Origin: Bigelowiella natans CCMP2755
Taxonomy: Eukaryota > Protista > Cercozoa
Length of the DNA stretch: 64,000 nt
NCBI GenBank assembly: GCA_000320545.1
Contig: ADNK01003243.1
Location: 3,723-67,722 of the forward strand
Direction: 5' to 3'
A program made the translations under genes and the position numbers. Of this stretch, positions 59,586 through 64,000 are shown piece by piece (positions within the stretch are counted from its first letter, which is position 1; each line of letters starts with the position of its first letter). Below the pieces are notes generated by a model. It did not search any database. It saw only the letters and a program-made list of their open reading frames with translations, and had not been told where the DNA came from.

Positions 59586-60845
59586 ATTCTGTCACGAAGA
59601 GCTACACAGCCTTCCCCAACGGCTGTGCTGTTTGCCTGCTCTTTGGAACAATCCAATCACCACACACTCTCGTCAAAGATAGTCTCGAGATTCGATTCAG
59701 CTGTAACTTCGGCGTTAATAGAAACAATTCGAACATCTTCGACTTCGACCACTGCATCATGATCATTGTCCAAATATTACGATTACACACTCTGACGAGG
59801 GATAAATGATTACGATGCCACAGAAGCCAGAGGAGTGTCACATGATGTCGAGATGCCTCTTTACAGAAGTTTTGTCCAGGCCGTCAATGATTGGTATGAA
59901 AACCATCTTGCCAACGATTCTTCGGTTTCACATACTTTGTCCACAGCACAAAATACGGGGGAGAGTGTGCATCAAAGCTACTTCAGTATGGTAATGCATG
60001 GGTTGACCGATGATCCATCATTTTTTCTTGAGATTCGTCGTAGTCAGGAGATGTCAAAGGGAGAAATCATTCACGATGTTCACGCCAATGGACGTAGGCT
60101 TCTCCGCGCCGACCGAAGATGTACAAAAAAATGAACTAATCACTGCTATTGCTGCTGCTGCTACATAAGAATACTAAATATACAATTGATAGAGTAATCG
60201 TTTATTCTAATAGGTTCGAAGATCCAGATTGGTTGTATTCGGTTCGTCAACTAAATAAAAATTAGAAAAAATGTCGATACTCCATTTAAATCGATGACTT
60301 CAACGACAAGTAACGATCGATGGGGATTCTCATAATTAATTTCCCAGATTCATCATCTGTAAACAATCGCTCACTACATGCAAACGTCAATCAACAAGTC
60401 TACCAAGGACGACCCCATCCATATTGCAAAGATTTTAGTAGTAGCAGAGGCCATTGTGTTATATTCATGGGATTACCAGGTTGCTGATTCTAAAATGATA
60501 TTGCTTACTTTTTTGCTGAGTCGAATGAACGGTTTGTTTGTACCTTTCGGGCTGGAAGGGTCTGGAAAAACAACCTTCAAGAAGTTATGGTTTGGACACT
60601 ATAGGTAGGTAGTAACTGCTTCCATATCCAATATGCTCAATTCAATATTGCATCGAATACTACCAATAGAAATGTTGTATCCCCCACTAAATTCTCACAG
60701 CATGCCATTACACCAACTCCTCACTTTCACTTAAAGGGATATAGACCCAGATTTCATTAAGCGCCGACATCCAAAGTAAGTAAATTAGGTACGGACAAAA
60801 TGCAGGTGTAAATCTCCAAAGCATGGAAAAATGAATGCTGCTGCT

Positions 60846-60881
<36 letters not shown>

Positions 60882-62308
60882 TCCCTATCTATCTGTATAT
60901 ACACACATATAATATTGCGTGTGTGTGTGTGCACTAAAAATGAAGCATTTCTTTCTACCATGGGATCTCCATGTAGCCAATAATCTCCTTGCGTGCTTCC
61001 AAGTTAGAGTTTACTTAATGCTGTATTACTTACCAGAGTAGAGTGCTTGATGTATTATTATACTATTTAAAAACCTGTTAGTTGTTTAAGATGAGCACTT
61101 GAGTTTATTTCTCCGACAATTCGCATGTGGGGGCAGATGGAACATCGCCCTTGCAAGAAACAAACCAAGGACTGATAGAAGGATACATGTTTGGAGTGTT
61201 AAAGAGGCTGTAGCCCAATTACGCAATCTGGGTAACATAAAATTAGCTAACCGCAAAAAAACATCTTCCTCTTGCACACTCACAGACAGCGTATCATGTG
61301 TATGAATATCCAATTGATGTGTGTGTGTGTGTGTGTGTGTGTGTGTCTGTGTGTAATCTTTATCCTGTATAACTGTGACATGCAGAACAAACTCAAAGAT
61401 TTGGTTTATTTGGTTACATATGATGTGCTGCAAACTATAAGTACTTAACTCACGCTATTCACATGTAATGTCTCTGCAATCTGCTCATATGGCAATTGCA
61501 ATGCAGTTAAAAGGGGTGTAAGTTGTGTGCTCGACGCATCTGGATCCGATTGTCTTTGGCTAAAGGTCATCGCTTTTCCAAATTTAAATTAGAAGTATTA
61601 AATGTGATCTGGGTTTTGATATCTATTCTACCTTCATTTTCTTAATATGTTGTATTTGTCGATAATTTCAGGATCAAATACAGACTGCGACAGATGGCGG
61701 ATTCTGGGTCACTATTGTTTACATTGTAGTACCTCTCCAGGTTTCAACTATCATCTTATTCACATGAGCAGATCCCATTGTTCGAGTACGATTGATTCTC
61801 TTTAATACAAATAGATAGCGCTAAAGCGTAATCGAGATAGAAATTCTGGTGGTTACATTCGTGGTGATGATGATAAAGATTCAGAAGGTAGTTTAAACGA
61901 AAACAGATTTATTGATGTAATTAATAATTTTTCCAACCCGTGCAATATCGTTGGCCATTAAATTGTTTTTGACAGTTATATACTACCATGTTCAAATTAT
62001 CTATTATCACTCAGGAAGGTCTCATTTTGTACCGGAAAACGTAATATCGAACAAAGTTGATGGGATGAGAGATTCTTTCTCACGAGTAAATAATGTGGAT
62101 TTAATTGAATTAGACAGGCAGTAATTTTTCATTCTTACTAGGCAAGAAGATTTGCGGATGAAGTGTGGGTGGTCGTAAATTATGATCAAAAGGTGCGACA
62201 AATGTGATGCTAAATTCAAGTTACTTTTTAAATTTATGAGTAATGTCAAGTGTTCGACGAAATGTTTTTCTAACTTTGAAGGAATTGAGCAAAGTGATTC
62301 TGGAATAG
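59586..62308 (+). pseudogene. Zeta-toxin/AAA_33-like P-loop kinase, multi-exon, possibly pseudogenised
   Basis: Exon-like segments: GLEGSGKTT (Walker A, ~60550), DIDPDFIKRRHPK, IALARNKPRTDR, GVSCVLDASG, GFWVTIVYIVVPLQ|IALKRNRDR and ARRFADEVWVVVN. In-frame TGA codons at 59760 and 59793 lie upstream of ORF 59835. Confidence 0.5.
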
Positions 62309-62409
62309 GAATGGACTGGTGCAAATTTTCACAATGTCCCAAAAGCGCACGTATTTCACCCTGCTAGCCTGTGAGATGTGTCAAAAAGCAAAACAGTGTA
62401 TTTTGTTAT

Positions 62410-63395
62410 GAATTGAGAGCAATGAAGACAAATGAAAGATGCAATTTTGCGCTGATCGGTGCACTGTCAATGATGCACATTCCAATGTGTCAGACTCCGA
62501 AATCACCATTGCAATCCTAGAATGTGCAACATGTGGACTGCTTCGTTGCAGTTGCATGAGGCAAGCTGCAAAATCTCCAGACAGATCCATCCATTTTAAC
62601 ATGCGCTGTCGGCCCTCCCCCGCCAAAGCGCGCGCATCTACTAAAAAAATTTGAACCAAAAAAAAATGCTAGCAAGTGCCGCGTTCGATCACACACTTGT
62701 GACACAAAGTCCAATGTGACAATCACAGCATGACATCTCAAATGAAAAACAAGGATGAGGCTTTCGATTCCTTCCGATTCAATGCATGGAAATTCAGACC
62801 CTGGCCAACATGGAGAATCCAATGTGGTCTAACTGTTCACAAGCATGAACAAATGTGAACGCGCGCAAAAGCCAAATTGCCCTCTGGCCATTCCACATCA
62901 CTGTAGTAGCCATTGCGACTTTTCGCTGCTACCTGCAAGCAACTTCTTTCATGACCTGGCTCTTGTGCACTCGATGATGCCAGCCTTGTCGCCTCTCTTT
63001 CCCCCTTCATCATCTAGTCATGCGCTGCGGCTGACGAGGAGTGAATGCATGGCATCTTTCCACATCAGCAGGCCATGGACAAGGATGGGGTCATGGGACT
63101 GCTCGGACGCGGACGACTGCAAACCGGAATCATGGTGAACGGCGTGTGCAAGGCATCATGTTCAAGGTTCTTTGGAAGCTGTTCAAGGATGAGCTTGATG
63201 CGAAGAAGCAGGTGTTGGCCGAGCTAGCGAGGATGATGGCGCTGATGAGTGAGCCCCGTGCCACTGATGCTCACATGGTGCATCACTCAGGCGCTTGTTG
63301 TTTTTTGGAGTTCTCATCCAATTGTGCAAACAAATTGGAATTTTTGTGATCGACAGCTGGATGGCCACATTTGAATGCCATGAGACATTGTGAAA
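62410..63395. other. TpA-depleted island C adjoining the telomeric array
   Basis: Manual count of ~11 TA in ~1 kb; only two (both CTAG) fall in 62940-63395. Confidence 0.75.
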
Positions 63396-63986
63396 TTAGG
63401 GTTAGGGTTAGGGTTAGGGTTAGGGTTAGGGTTAGGGTTAGGGTTAGGGTTAGGGTTAGGGTTAGGGTTAGGGTTAGGGTTAGGGTTAGGGTTAGGGTTA
63501 GGGTTAGGGTTAGGGTTAGGGTTAGGGTTAGGGTTAGGGTTAGGGTTAGGGTTAGGGTTAGGGTTAGGGTTAGGGGTAGGGTTAGGGTTAGGGTTAGGGT
63601 TAGGGTTAGGGTTAGGATTAGGGTTAGGGTTAGGGTTAGGGTTAGGGTTAGGGTTAGGGTTAGGGTTAGGGTTAGGGTTAGGCTTAGGGTTAGGGTTAGG
63701 GTTAGGGTTAGGGTTAGGGTTAGGGTTAGGGTTAGGGTTAGGGTTAGGGTTAGGGTTAGGGTTAGGGTTAGGGTTAGGGTTAGGGTTAGGGTTAGGGTTA
63801 GGGTTAGGGTTAGGGTTAGGGTTAGGGTTAGGGTTAGGGTTAGGGTTAGGGTTAGGGTTAGGGTTAGGGTTAGGGTTAGGGTTAGGGTTAGGGTTAGGGT
63901 TAGGGTTAGGGTTAGGGTTAGGGTTAGGGTTAGGGTTAGGGTTAGGGTTAGGGTTAGGGTTAGGGTTAGGGTTAGGGTTAGGGTTA
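63396..63986 (+). repeat. (TTAGGG)n telomeric array, ~98 units, apparently interstitial
   Basis: Near-perfect TTAGGG repeats with three single variants (GTAGGG, TTAGGA, TTAGGC), followed by non-telomeric GAAATTAAGTGCCT. Confidence 0.97.
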
Positions 63987-64000
63987 GAAATTAAGTGCCT

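Noticed and set aside
63371-63994. 207-aa poly-(RV) ORF
   Set aside because: It is a translation of the TTAGGG array.

Overview
Gene-dense, intron-rich nuclear DNA of a eukaryotic protist, with AT-rich, microsatellite-laden introns. A chlorarachniophyte is my inference, based on the TTAGGG repeats and bipartite-looking leaders on normally cytosolic or nuclear proteins. Genes assembled by hand across introns: an SLC25A44-like mitochondrial carrier, a PDXDC1-like protein, an FN3-FN3-nucleoredoxin, a ~3,800-aa centlein-like coiled-coil protein, an unknown multi-exon gene, an intronless bacterial-type M23 peptidase, a TPR-Aha1_N co-chaperone, FEN1, AP-1/2 beta-adaptin, a NAK (AAK1/GAK-like) kinase and a zeta-toxin-like P-loop kinase (pseudo)gene. 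The window ends in about 98 TTAGGG repeats followed by non-telomeric DNA. The most striking unexplained signal is three sharply bounded islands (~29.1-30.9, ~58.1-59.4 and ~62.4-63.4 kb) in which TpA is almost erased, apparently to CpA/TpG, while CTAG is spared. This resembles an inverse-RIP (A>G/T>C) mutational silencing process. Also notable are a FEN1 with a signal peptide and an intact PCNA-binding box, head-to-head with a leader-bearing Hsp90 co-chaperone (candidate nucleomorph/periplastid proteins), and a telomeric array flanked by a 7-bp direct repeat. Exon boundaries and counts are manual and approximate.
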